IMG/VR virus record: IMGVR_UViG_3300044951_000026 | Location: 1-25,645 of that record | Direction: 5' to 3' (one strand) | DNA: 25,645 nucleotides | Source: a virus | Lineage: Duplodnaviria; Caudoviricetes | Shown: piece after piece, positions 1-9,645 of the stretch | Layout of the letters: the number at the start of each line of letters is the position of its first letter | Position numbering within the stretch: position 1 is the first letter of the stretch | Made by a program: the position numbers and the translations under genes | Notes under the pieces: generated by a model | Database searches by the model: none | The model's input: the letters and a program-made list of their open reading frames with translations, nothing else | Told to the model about the DNA's origin: nothing

Positions 1-1443
1 TGGTTTCCCTGCAATGTACTGATCAACTTTAGTTTTGATCGTAGGCGGCAAGAAATCAATATCCTCATTCTTAGTCAACGCATTCATTGCATTTTGTGCA
101 AATGTCTTGCTGTCAACTTCTAATTTACCCGCACCAAAGTCTGCAAGGTCTTTATATGCTTGTTGTTTTTCAGCTTTAAATGCGTCAATTTTTTCACGCA
201 CTTGCTCAATTGCACCTTGGGCATTGGATACATAATCAGGCGCAAAAACATCAGGCGCGGCACGTTCTTTGACCAACGTCACGTTTTCTTTTAGCGCTTT
301 GTTTTGTTCATTAAAACGGTCAACAAATTGCTCTTTAAATCCTCTTTCATTTCTCTCACGGGAAATAAGTGATGGATTTTGAGAAGCCTGACCACGGGTC
401 AAACGTACTGGCACATCTAAAGAATCTGCATCAACCAAACGATTGATTGCTTCAATGTTTGTTTCAGCAGGGTTTAACAGTTTTAGATCAGCGGCTAACT
501 CTGGTTTTGCTTGGGCAATAGCGGCATCAAGTTGTGTCTTGACTTCAGTAGCGGCCGCGCCAGCGCTTTGCTTACCGCCTCTGGCTTGAAATTGTTGCTC
601 AAGCTGACTAGGTGCGCCAGCGCGAATCTCATTGCCCCATTGACTAACTGTTTCCGCGCCTTTAACCAAAGGTTTAGCTACCGTAGCCAAAGGTTTAGCC
701 AGTAACGCTGGTGCGGCAATTGTTGCCGTTCCCATCATGTTTTGCACATCAGGAAGTGGTAAGCCTGTTTTTTGGGCAATCCACTCTGCGCCTTTATTGA
801 CATTTTCACCAATAAAATTCATCAATCTTTGTGAAGCCTCACCTTGATAAGCAGGGCTTTGCGTAACCCCAAAAGTCTTACCAAACGGTTTTTCTAATGC
901 GCCTGATACAGCTTGACCATATTGTTGTGCTTTTTCAGGGGTAGTAAACGGGCGGGAAGCGGCTTGAACCACTTGACCAGCCATAGGCAAAATGCCACCA
1001 ATGGTAGTGTCAGCCAACGATGCCGCACTAGCGCCAAAGTCACGCCCCATTTGCCCATACATTTCACGCGATTTTTGCAGATTGATAATTGCTTGATCAG
1101 TCTTGTTTCTTGCTACTGGCTTGTCAGTTTTAGCGGTTTTAAAAGCATCTTGAACTGCCGCGCCAATTGCATCAATGCTGAAGTCATCACTTGGAGTTTG
1201 TGCGGTTGTAGGCGCACCGCCTTTTAACTTCATTTCTCGCTGAAGTGCCTCTAAATTACGGGCAGAAGCGGCATTACCACCCGCGGCAAGTTTGCTTTCT
1301 CTCTCATATTCGGCTTGCAATACCCTTAAAGCCTCTTGCTCACGGGAAGATTGAGTCTTTGCGGGGGGCGCAGATTTACGGCCAAACGCAGAATTAACCG
1401 CATTGCTGACCGAATCTAAATCAAAATCATCAACAACAGCCAT
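1..1443 (-). CDS. Large DNA ejection/internal virion protein (P22 gp16-like position), 3'-truncated by the window edge
   Basis: Not in the ORF track. ATG at 1443-1441 overlaps the upstream TAA (TAATG). My manual translation (MAVVDDFDLDSVSNAVNSAFGRK...VPVRLTRGQASQNP...) stays open to position 1 (481 codons). Ala/Gln/Lys-rich and helical-looking; third gene of the ejection block. Confidence 0.75.
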   Translation of the reverse strand, partial: MAVVDDFDLDSVSNAVNSAFGRKSAPPAKTQSSREQEALRVLQAEYERESKLAAGGNAASARNLEALQREMKLKGGAPTTAQTPSDDFSIDAIGAAVQDAFKTAKTDKPVARNKTDQAIINLQKSREMYGQMGRDFGASAASLADTTIGGILPMAGQVVQAASRPFTTPEKAQQYGQAVSGALEKPFGKTFGVTQSPAYQGEASQRLMNFIGENVNKGAEWIAQKTGLPLPDVQNMMGTATIAAPALLAKPLATVAKPLVKGAETVSQWGNEIRAGAPSQLEQQFQARGGKQSAGAAATEVKTQLDAAIAQAKPELAADLKLLNPAETNIEAINRLVDADSLDVPVRLTRGQASQNPSLISRERNERGFKEQFVDRFNEQNKALKENVTLVKERAAPDVFAPDYVSNAQGAIEQVREKIDAFKAEKQQAYKDLADFGAGKLEVDSKTFAQNAMNALTKNEDIDFLPPTIKTKVDQYIAGKP

Positions 1444-3074
1444 TATTGCCCCTTAACAAGCGTACTCATAAACTTGATTTTAGTCAGCAGATTTTTGTAG
1501 CCAATAGAATCAGGGCCACCAACGGCATTGACAACTTCTTTCATGCCTTCTTTGTCGTTGTTTCTCATTGCATCATAAAGACGAATGGCATTTACGTCAG
1601 CAATTTGACCCCATTTATTTTGGAAGTCTCTTGCGGCAAATGGGTCTTTTGTCTTAGCAAATTCGTTTTCAACACCTTGGTTAAACAAACTTGTTGCAGT
1701 TGACAAAGCACGATTAACACGGGCGGTCTGTTTGATAGCTGGCGCTGTCCAATCGGTTGTTCCAGCAATCTGACCCGCAATTTGGTTAGCCGCATCAGTT
1801 CCACTTAAACCAGAAGATTTTGACAATTCAGCGGTCTGAAGCGCCATGTAATGACCAAGTTGTTGCAAGTTGGTTGCGTTGTCACCACCAAAAGGCAAAG
1901 CGGCATAACCACCCGTCAAATTGGCAATAGCGCCAGCACCTTTACCAGAAATCACATCATCAGCAATTTTGATAATTTGGTTGCTGTTAAATTGTTGGTT
2001 AGGCACATTAGCGGCAGAAGCCATTGCCCGTGTACGAATAGCTTGAGCATCACGCAAAGTATCTGCGTTCTCACCGGGGCGCATCCTCACAGGCGCATTA
2101 GAGGGCATTGCAGGGGCTTGGGGTGCGCCAACTTGTTGTTGTGGCATACCACCACCCTGCTGTGGCATTGCGCCTTGTGGCGGCATTGCGCCCGGTTGTT
2201 GTGCGCCTTGCATCATGTTTGGCGATACACCAGCGGGAATAGTAATTTCACCCAATATCTGTCCATTTGGCCCATATTGGATAGCCGTTGGGTTGTTGTT
2301 TTGGTCAGTTCTGCCAGTTGGGACAAACTGTGAGCCGGGGGTCATCGTCAACGGCTGTCCCCGTCCCGTCATTTGAATGTTAGGCGCTTGTCCTGTAGGA
2401 CTCATTGGCGTAGTAATTGTTTCTTGCAATTGGCCACCAGTATTGGTTAAACCAACTTTAGGCGCAAACTCTTGACGTTGCTGTGGAATAGACAACAACG
2501 ATGCAGATTCAGCCATCAAGTCTTTTGTAATAGCAGGGCCGGGCTGTGCTTTGTTAAGCAAGTCAATCCTTGAATTGATCATGCGTTCCAACGATGGGTT
2601 ATCAGGATTGTTTTGAATCAATCCTTGATATGCTTTAATGATTTGCTTTGGATCGTTAACGCCCATCAAACCAAGTGAATGATCAACATTACCAATAATG
2701 TTTCGTTCAGTTTGTGTCAATGCTTGTTTGGCACTAGCCGCTTCAGTTTGACTTTTGTGCAATCCACTCAATGAACTGATCACATCAGAACCTGTCAACG
2801 GGGCAATCTTTGGAATAGCCGCGTTAATCTTATCCATGTCAATGCGACCATTGGTCTGCCAGTTTGCAGGGTTGCTTGTAAACTCTTGAAGTTTTAAACG
2901 CTCATCGTTTTTTTGCTTTAAAACTTGGTTTTCAATTTGCGCTTTTTCTAAAGCCAAAGGATTTAATTGCTGTGCTTGTTGGAAATTCTGAATTCCAGAA
3001 GCCATGTTTACCATATCCCCAAGACTCGTCTGTTGGGGTTTAGCGTAATTTACGTTCATTTGAAAGTCAGCCAT
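1443..3074 (-). CDS. DNA ejection protein (P22 gp20-like position), 543 aa
   Basis: AAGGA RBS. Gln/Ala/Asn-rich N-terminus (AKPQQTSLGDMVNMASGIQNFQQAQQ) typical of podovirus ejectosome proteins; lies between the gp7-like and gp16-like genes; central Q/P/G/M low-complexity linker. Confidence 0.7.
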   Translation of the reverse strand: MADFQMNVNYAKPQQTSLGDMVNMASGIQNFQQAQQLNPLALEKAQIENQVLKQKNDERLKLQEFTSNPANWQTNGRIDMDKINAAIPKIAPLTGSDVISSLSGLHKSQTEAASAKQALTQTERNIIGNVDHSLGLMGVNDPKQIIKAYQGLIQNNPDNPSLERMINSRIDLLNKAQPGPAITKDLMAESASLLSIPQQRQEFAPKVGLTNTGGQLQETITTPMSPTGQAPNIQMTGRGQPLTMTPGSQFVPTGRTDQNNNPTAIQYGPNGQILGEITIPAGVSPNMMQGAQQPGAMPPQGAMPQQGGGMPQQQVGAPQAPAMPSNAPVRMRPGENADTLRDAQAIRTRAMASAANVPNQQFNSNQIIKIADDVISGKGAGAIANLTGGYAALPFGGDNATNLQQLGHYMALQTAELSKSSGLSGTDAANQIAGQIAGTTDWTAPAIKQTARVNRALSTATSLFNQGVENEFAKTKDPFAARDFQNKWGQIADVNAIRLYDAMRNNDKEGMKEVVNAVGGPDSIGYKNLLTKIKFMSTLVKGQ

Positions 3075-3083
3075 GATTTATCC

Positions 3084-5141
3084 TTATGTTGCTTTAAGCA
3101 TAGAACCAAGCAAAGCAGTATTACCAAGATTACTTAAAGCAGTTGCATTGTTTGCACCCGTTGCTGTAGCGTTACCCGCCAATGCCGCGGCAGTTCCAGT
3201 AGCAAGGTTTGCAGTATTTAAACCATACACATTAGCGGCATTCATGCCAGCACCCGTGTTTGTCGTTAAATTATTTGCATAATTTGTTGAACCACCTAAC
3301 AAGTTACTGCCATATTGGTTATAAGCACTTTGCATTTGACCAAGGTTAGATGACAAAACATTGTTCAAATTGTTTGTAACGCCTGATGTATTAGTGCCGT
3401 AAGCAGTACCAGCATTCAATAGGTTGCCTGTGTTGCTTGTAAGATTGCCTCCAAGAGTATTAGACAATGAGCCTAAATTGCCACCCAATGTATTGCCAAG
3501 ACTTGCCAATTGACCGCCTGAAGTTGTGCCAATGTTGGCCATTCCAGCCAATGTGCTGTAAATGTTTTGGCGCTGTGTATTGAAGTTATTAAACGCATTT
3601 TGATATGCACCAGAGGCATAATTTTGCGTGTAGTCTTGTAAGCCTCTTAAAGCATTACCGCCTAAACTACCACCGCCCATGTTAGCGGCACGTTGGTTGG
3701 CCATTTGACCTTGAGACAATTGAAATGCGTAGTTAGGCGCTAAATTAGAATTTAGGTCAGCCGCATTAAACTGTCGAGTTAAATAGTCTTGATTGTTAAT
3801 TAAACCTTCAGAACCAGCTTTACCAACATTTTGATAAGGTTGCTGAATTGCAACTTGCTTGTTATAAATGTCGTACAAGTCACCACGGGCGTTACCGTAG
3901 TTAGTGTTTAAAGCACTTGCATTTGCCGCGGCTTGGTCTTTTTGACCTTGATATGTGCTACTCAACAAACCTAATTGTGTTGCGGCATTTGCTTTAATTC
4001 CTTGATTTGCCAAGTCATAAGCGCCAGCTTGTGCGTTTATAGTGTTATTTAAATTGGTGTTTAAATTACTGTAATTGTTAGCTAAATCTGTGCGTCCCGC
4101 TACATTTAAACCTTGAGCATCTGTGTATGCTTTATTAAGCGCTGTATTAGCTGTTGCACTTCCTTGAGTAATTGCATCCCTTGCATTGCTGATTCCTGAT
4201 TGATTGGCGGCAGTACCAAGCAATGTACCAGCGGCATTTAAAGCTAAACCTTGACCTAAAGTAGTTCCTAAAGCTGAACCAGCGGCCGCGCCCGCACCAG
4301 CATTTAATAATGAACCACCCGCACCAGCCGCACCTAAACTAGCTAATGTTGAACCAGTAGGAATTGTAGAAGCCCCTGCCGCAGTTGCGCCTAATGCCGC
4401 ATCCCCAAGCAAAGCATTTGTAGTGCCTAAAGAGCCTCCAGTTACACCGCTAAGACTACTGCCAGCGTTTAAGCCGCTAAGACTACTACCCGCAGTTAAT
4501 CCTGATCCACCACCATATAAAGCGGCAGATTCTGCGGCTGTCAACGCTGTAGTTGAACCAACACCGCTTAAAGCCGCTAAATCTGAGCCAACAGTTGCTA
4601 ATGTTGCACCAGCGGGTGCGCCACTAAGCAAGCCCTCAGTTACACCGGGAATTCCAAAAGCCGCGGCCGCAATTGCCAAGCCAGTCAGAATGGTTTTCTT
4701 GTCGCTTGTGTCTTTACTCCATGATGAAATAATAGGCTTGCCATCAGCATCCTTTTTAAGTTCATAGATTGTGCCGCCACCGCCAGTAAAAGTAGAACCA
4801 AAACGCCTGTTTGTGGTTGACGCATCAGCTTGGTTTAAATCTGTTACGCCTTCATTTAAAAGATGGCGCGACATATCCAAAATAACTTGTTCAGCCGCAG
4901 TTGGGGGGTGTCCTAACAACTTTGTAGCTTCATCGTAGTTAAAACCAATACTTTCGCCTTTAGTATTAAACACACCGCCTTTAATAGCGTTTGCGTCAAT
5001 TGACCCTGCCACTTGTTTTGACAAATTTAAAAGCTGATCACGGTCATAAGTCTTGCCTTGGTAATCAGTAACACTACCCATATTGGCATTACCAGCGTTA
5101 GCGACAAAATTGCCAACAAGTGAATTTATTAGGTTGTCCAT
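3084..5141 (-). CDS. DNA pilot/ejection protein (P22 gp7-like) with long N-terminal extension, 685 aa
   Basis: Core QQPYQNVGKAG...PNYAFQLSQGQMANQRAANMGGGSLGGNALRGLQDYTQNYAS matches the gp7/DNA-transfer pattern; G/A/N/L-rich; follows the gp10/gp26-like genes. Confidence 0.75.
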   Translation of the reverse strand: MDNLINSLVGNFVANAGNANMGSVTDYQGKTYDRDQLLNLSKQVAGSIDANAIKGGVFNTKGESIGFNYDEATKLLGHPPTAAEQVILDMSRHLLNEGVTDLNQADASTTNRRFGSTFTGGGGTIYELKKDADGKPIISSWSKDTSDKKTILTGLAIAAAAFGIPGVTEGLLSGAPAGATLATVGSDLAALSGVGSTTALTAAESAALYGGGSGLTAGSSLSGLNAGSSLSGVTGGSLGTTNALLGDAALGATAAGASTIPTGSTLASLGAAGAGGSLLNAGAGAAAGSALGTTLGQGLALNAAGTLLGTAANQSGISNARDAITQGSATANTALNKAYTDAQGLNVAGRTDLANNYSNLNTNLNNTINAQAGAYDLANQGIKANAATQLGLLSSTYQGQKDQAAANASALNTNYGNARGDLYDIYNKQVAIQQPYQNVGKAGSEGLINNQDYLTRQFNAADLNSNLAPNYAFQLSQGQMANQRAANMGGGSLGGNALRGLQDYTQNYASGAYQNAFNNFNTQRQNIYSTLAGMANIGTTSGGQLASLGNTLGGNLGSLSNTLGGNLTSNTGNLLNAGTAYGTNTSGVTNNLNNVLSSNLGQMQSAYNQYGSNLLGGSTNYANNLTTNTGAGMNAANVYGLNTANLATGTAAALAGNATATGANNATALSNLGNTALLGSMLKAT
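4447..4487. repeat. Short tandem duplication with 27-nt period inside the gp7-like gene
   Basis: CCGCTAAGACTACT at 4447 and 4474, encoding GL(T/N)AGSSLS twice. Confidence 0.7.
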
Positions 5142-5154
5142 AATTTAGGCTCTC

Positions 5155-5394
5155 TCAAACATTGTAGTAAGGCACTTTATAAGCCTGACCATTTACTGTG
5201 ACATTGATAAACCCAACGGGGTTAGCTGGAAGCGTTGCAGACCCTGCCGTTGCAGTCGTAGCAGAACTGAAGTTCAACAAATTAAGAAAAAACTGTTGCC
5301 ACGACCGTGATGGACGATTAGTCGCCCCATCCAAAAACGGTGATTGTGGATATGGGTTAATCTGCTGTGTGCTTGAAAGTCCAGAAGTAGCCAT
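5155..5394 (-). CDS. Small tail plug/needle-like protein (gp26 position), 79 aa
   Basis: TAATG-coupled to the gp10-like gene. P-F-L-D-x-x-T-x-R-P-S-R-S-W-Q-Q-F-F motif resembles proteins found just downstream of gp10 homologues; short beta-rich C-terminus. Confidence 0.55.
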   Translation of the reverse strand: MATSGLSSTQQINPYPQSPFLDGATNRPSRSWQQFFLNLLNFSSATTATAGSATLPANPVGFINVTVNGQAYKVPYYNV

Positions 5395-7394
5395 TAGTTT
5401 TCTGCCCCTTGTACTTTAAGATTTGCCGAAATAATGACAAAATTCACGGGATCAGTTACTGAGACTTCAAAAATTCTGTCCCGTGCTGTTCCCAATCTGC
5501 GCCAAATGGCACGATTTTTATATTTGCCTAATTGACCAACGCTTGTCCAATGCTCATTTGACCAAGTTGAACCACCATCATTTGACCATCTAAGCATTGC
5601 TTGAGGGTTGTCTGTGGTTGTAGGAATTAAAGTTTCCTGAGTCGCTAAAACATAAGTTTTTTCAGGCTCAATTGTCAAAGTAGCATTTGCAGTAATTGTA
5701 TATGTATTGCCTAAATAAATAGTGTTTGTTTCAGTAATTTGAACTGGCCCTGACAGCCCTGTAGTTCCCACGCCCGGCTGAAACTGAATCTGCAATTCAT
5801 CAAAATATTGCCTTTGAAACTCAGTCACCAAATGTGGCGCTCTACGCAATCTGCGGATATTCTGCCCATCGTCTGTGTAATTGGTTTTGTCCAATTCGTA
5901 CAGTTTGCCGTTTTCATAATCGCCAATAATAACTAGACCTTGAAACACAGCACAGCAATTACCACGATGACGCTGATATACGTTTTTATCTGTTGTGTAA
6001 AGCCATTTGTGCCACATTTGAGTGGTTGCGTCAAAAGCCCATGTCAATTGAAGTGATGGGAAAGTGACAACGAAAACCTCATGCCCTTCAAGCTGGTAAG
6101 TCCAAGAAATAGCATCGCCAACGTATTGATTGGCTAACGTATTTTCTACAGCATGGGTAGAAATGCGCTGTGGAATGTACCCTTGCATTTGCATAATTTG
6201 GGATTGACCACGATTATTTCGTGAAACGTAAGCAAATGAATTACCAAGCCTAGAAATTGAAAAAGGTGCGGCAATACCGTGTTGGGTAGATGTGCCGGGT
6301 ATTCTTTGAAACGGGAACGGCACAGTTCCAACGTCTGTCCATACTTCTGAAGAAATTTCACCCATCAAATAAATTTCTCGGTGATCAACAATCAAAGCCA
6401 CTAGATCGTCTGGTGCGCCATCTTTTAACGAAAAACTTAATGTTGGTGAAATAGGCGACAAAAGGTCACTAGCGCCAAATTGTTGCGTTGTTGGGTTGTT
6501 ATAGACAAAGTAGTTGTCAATAATATCCACCGTGTTTGCACCGCTAAACGCACCATCAGTAGATGGAAGAACAGAAAAGTTCAAACCGTACATGGTCACG
6601 CCAACGGCTACGGTGCTTGCCACGCTTAATGTGTAAGTTCCAACCCCGCCTGTACCCGTTCCCAAGGCTGTAATGATTGTGCCAAGGGTTACACCAACGC
6701 CACTAATAGTCTGACCAACGTGTAAAACGCCTGATGTGACCGCAGAAACAGTCATTACCGTTCCCGCAATAGTGGCAGTCACCACAGCACCAACAGCGGC
6801 AGAATTCATTGTTCCAGCCGCTACAGTTTGACTTCTGTTAATTGTGTATGTTCCCGCCCCACCAGTTCCTGATCCAAGCGCAGTAATGACGGTTTGCGCT
6901 AATACGCCAATGCCAAACAAAGACTGTCCAATAGCAATCGTGCCACTAGAAACGCCCGTTACAGTCAATGTTGTGCCACTTGTTGAGCCGTAAAATACCG
7001 CAGACGCAGGGCTTGATATGTACCATGTGTAACGGTAAGCACCGTCCACAATATAAACATTGATGCCGTTGTCAGTAATTCTTACTATTCCAGAACTGGA
7101 ATTAAGTTGGCCAATAACTGAGGGAACAAGATTGGCTGTCAAAGCGTAAACGTAAGAACCACAAACAGCAATCAATTGCTCACCGCCAGAAACGGTGTGA
7201 AGCCCACGAACTTCCTGTTGGTTAAAGAAAATGGCTTTAACAGTCAGACCCGGAGTCGGGTAAAGCGCAATCACCCCACGCTCACCTTGTTGCTTTACAG
7301 GGTCAACTTCAGGATAAAAATTGATGCACTCTTGAGCATCCTGATAGATACTCGGTGCTTCATAAGATGAACCAACAAAACCAAAATCTGGCAT
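5394..7394 (-). CDS. Packaged DNA stabilization / tail hub protein (P22 gp10-like), 666 aa
   Basis: [86 protein letters not shown] are characteristic gp10-family motifs. Confidence 0.9.
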   Translation of the reverse strand: MPDFGFVGSSYEAPSIYQDAQECINFYPEVDPVKQQGERGVIALYPTPGLTVKAIFFNQQEVRGLHTVSGGEQLIAVCGSYVYALTANLVPSVIGQLNSSSGIVRITDNGINVYIVDGAYRYTWYISSPASAVFYGSTSGTTLTVTGVSSGTIAIGQSLFGIGVLAQTVITALGSGTGGAGTYTINRSQTVAAGTMNSAAVGAVVTATIAGTVMTVSAVTSGVLHVGQTISGVGVTLGTIITALGTGTGGVGTYTLSVASTVAVGVTMYGLNFSVLPSTDGAFSGANTVDIIDNYFVYNNPTTQQFGASDLLSPISPTLSFSLKDGAPDDLVALIVDHREIYLMGEISSEVWTDVGTVPFPFQRIPGTSTQHGIAAPFSISRLGNSFAYVSRNNRGQSQIMQMQGYIPQRISTHAVENTLANQYVGDAISWTYQLEGHEVFVVTFPSLQLTWAFDATTQMWHKWLYTTDKNVYQRHRGNCCAVFQGLVIIGDYENGKLYELDKTNYTDDGQNIRRLRRAPHLVTEFQRQYFDELQIQFQPGVGTTGLSGPVQITETNTIYLGNTYTITANATLTIEPEKTYVLATQETLIPTTTDNPQAMLRWSNDGGSTWSNEHWTSVGQLGKYKNRAIWRRLGTARDRIFEVSVTDPVNFVIISANLKVQGAEN

Positions 7395-7403
7395 GGTAGC
7401 CCC

Positions 7404-8384
7404 TTAAATAAAGCCGCCAGTAAGAATCCAACCCGCATCCTTTGCTTTACCCGTCAACAAAGCGTCAGGGTAACGTGCAGTCTGAAGCGGACTCATATTT
7501 GTGCGCTTGAGGGTAGCTTTAGCTTGCCCTGCAAACGTCTGAATCATTGCTATTTGCGTTGGTGAGGCTTTGCCATACATAGGCATCAAACGCTCTGCCA
7601 AACACCATCTAAGGCACATTGAATAGCCTTGTGGCAACGCTATGTCCTCATACATTGAGTTGTAACTACTGAACAGGGTATTGGCAAACAAGTGCAGTTC
7701 ACCTTGTGATGGGCTTGGCCAGATAAACAAGTTGCCTGTATCAGCACCGGGGTTAAAGTAAACCGCCTTTGGCCACGGGCCACTCAGCGTCTTTAATCCA
7801 ATCATTTGATAGCTATGCAATTCCAAAACAGACATTGGGTAGTCCAAACCACCACCAGTTATGGGCTGGCCATTAGCCGTAGTGTTCACCCTAACAAACG
7901 CTGAATCAATGTTTAAAGGCTTTTGGTAGTAACCCGTAATGGTTGTAGAAGCAACATTTTGATTGATGTTGACTTGGTAAGTGCCTTCTTCATTGATGTT
8001 GCCACCAGCACCCGTCAAAAACTGAGTAATTTTTGTTCCCGCTGTAATCCCCGTTCCACTTAGGGTTTGCCCTTGGGCAATAGCACCTGAAGCAATAGCG
8101 GTCACGGTCAGGATATTTCCTGTTATTGAGCCTGTAAAAGACGCACCAATAAAGTTTTGGGTTGAGGGGTTAGGGCCAATTGTGTACTGAGTTTGACCCG
8201 GTATCACGGGGCAAATAATCTCTGTGACATTGAAAACCATCATGTTTTCATTTGACCATTGGTCAATCATGTCATTCATCATTTCAAACGCATCAAGTGC
8301 CGCGTCTGGACTAGGGGTTTCACCAGCTTCCAATGCACCAATGTCTTTTAGCGCTCTGCTAACAATGTCATAAGGCACAGCCAT
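7404..8384 (-). CDS. Head-to-tail adaptor (P22 gp4-like) with inserted domain, 326 aa
   Basis: N-terminus [38 protein letters not shown] and C-terminal [22 protein letters not shown] typical of gp4-like adaptors; directly upstream of the gp10-like gene. Confidence 0.8.
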   Translation of the reverse strand: MAVPYDIVSRALKDIGALEAGETPSPDAALDAFEMMNDMIDQWSNENMMVFNVTEIICPVIPGQTQYTIGPNPSTQNFIGASFTGSITGNILTVTAIASGAIAQGQTLSGTGITAGTKITQFLTGAGGNINEEGTYQVNINQNVASTTITGYYQKPLNIDSAFVRVNTTANGQPITGGGLDYPMSVLELHSYQMIGLKTLSGPWPKAVYFNPGADTGNLFIWPSPSQGELHLFANTLFSSYNSMYEDIALPQGYSMCLRWCLAERLMPMYGKASPTQIAMIQTFAGQAKATLKRTNMSPLQTARYPDALLTGKAKDAGWILTGGFI

Positions 8385-8393
8385 AGTGATTCC

Positions 8394-8705
8394 TTAACTT
8401 AATCTAAATGTGGGCGGCTTCCAAGGCAAAGCAATTTCTTGCTGTTTTTTGACCGCTTCAAGTTGCTCTAGTAGCCTTGATTTTATGCTACTTACACCGT
8501 TTTGGGTAGTGCCTTCATCAATCCAATTTGCAACCATTTCCTCAGTCACTTGGGCTGTTGGGATTGTTGCCTTTTTGGGGTCAAAGTCCCAATATCCTTC
8601 TGTCTCAATTCTTAAATCATCTTCAATCAAAGCAAGGTGATATTTAGCCTGAGTAATGGTTTTCGCATCACCCTTTAACTCTGATATTTTCCAAATAAAT
8701 CTCAT
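8394..8705 (-). CDS. Fibre-associated hypothetical protein (possible fibre chaperone), 103 aa
   Basis: ATGA overlap with upstream gene; W-K-I-x-x-L N-terminus, IPxxxVTEExVxxW and C-terminal LPW pattern seen in small proteins beside phage fibre genes. Confidence 0.55.
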   Translation of the reverse strand: MRFIWKISELKGDAKTITQAKYHLALIEDDLRIETEGYWDFDPKKATIPTAQVTEEMVANWIDEGTTQNGVSSIKSRLLEQLEAVKKQQEIALPWKPPTFRLS

Positions 8706-8929
8706 TTGATGATTGCGGTTGATGTGTCTCTATCAATTATTAGTTGGCCTTGACAAGTAATGTTGTAGTCTGTGCCATTGCTATCTTTTTCGCTTTTTAC
8801 GGGAACAGCTATGTCAAGATTTTTAAATAAAAATTCTTTGCCATTTTCAAACACACGCCAAACGTGATCCCTTGTGCCGCATCCAGCCTGTCCACGGGAT
8901 TTGTTAAATCTAATGGAATACTTGTTCAT
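8702..8929 (-). CDS. Hypothetical protein, 75 aa
   Basis: ATGA overlaps on both sides; predicted beta-rich (IRFNKSRG...HVWRVFENGKE). Confidence 0.65.
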   Translation of the reverse strand: MNKYSIRFNKSRGQAGCGTRDHVWRVFENGKEFLFKNLDIAVPVKSEKDSNGTDYNITCQGQLIIDRDTSTAIIK

Positions 8930-9636
8930 ATTACTTCAGCAGTTGGAAAAACCAAGGGGGGCTGAGGATGTTCAATTACTGTCAGGTTGAAATGAACAAA
9001 CTTTATGGGTAATTCAGCGGCATGGCGTGTAAATGAATGTGCAAGCCATGAATTAGCAAAAATCATCATGCCGGGCTTGGGCGAAAAGTAAATCATTTTG
9101 CTTGCTGGCGTTGCTTTGCTCATATCTTGTTCTGGCAAATCAATCTGAACTTTTGCCGCCCTTGGATCATGGAAAACAACATTAGAACAATTTTCTGGCG
9201 TTTCAAGAAAATAAAAGCCTGTAACTTGTGAACCGTGTCCATGAACGTGTGCGTCCATTGCTGAATGTTTGTAGTGTTCTTGTGTCCACATTTCTGTAAA
9301 CTGAACAGCTTTGTCTTGCAAAGAATATCCCTGTTCGTTAAGAATGTTCCATGCTGTGCCGCCTACAAACTCGCAAAATCCCGAAACCCTAGGATCATTA
9401 AAGTAATTGCTTGTCATGTACAAGGGGTAAATTTCGTTTAAATCACGTTCTTTACGTTGTATTTCTAACAATTCCTCAGAAACAGGGTTAACCATTTCTA
9501 AAAAATCAGGGCGGTCAATTACATATATTGGACAGGGAAAATGATATTCAACTTGAAGTTGTGTGTTTTGAACAACTTGTGAAACTGACTCAGCGGCTTT
9601 GCATACTTTAGGCTTTTTAGTGACAGCTTTGACCAT
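8926..9636 (-). CDS. Putative 2OG-Fe(II) oxygenase (TIGR02466-like), 236 aa
   Basis: FPCPIY N-terminal strand, MWTQ...HVH...GFYFL...FHDPR...PKPGMMIFANSWLAH...HFNL double-stranded beta-helix pattern with HxH...H metal ligands; AGGA RBS. Confidence 0.85.
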   Translation of the reverse strand: MVKAVTKKPKVCKAAESVSQVVQNTQLQVEYHFPCPIYVIDRPDFLEMVNPVSEELLEIQRKERDLNEIYPLYMTSNYFNDPRVSGFCEFVGGTAWNILNEQGYSLQDKAVQFTEMWTQEHYKHSAMDAHVHGHGSQVTGFYFLETPENCSNVVFHDPRAAKVQIDLPEQDMSKATPASKMIYFSPKPGMMIFANSWLAHSFTRHAAELPIKFVHFNLTVIEHPQPPLVFPTAEVI

Positions 9637-9645
9637 GATTTATTC

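Noticed and set aside
2110-2220. Short repeats (GGCATTGCGCC) in the gp20-like gene
   Set aside because: They encode a low-complexity GAMP/Q linker common in ejection proteins.
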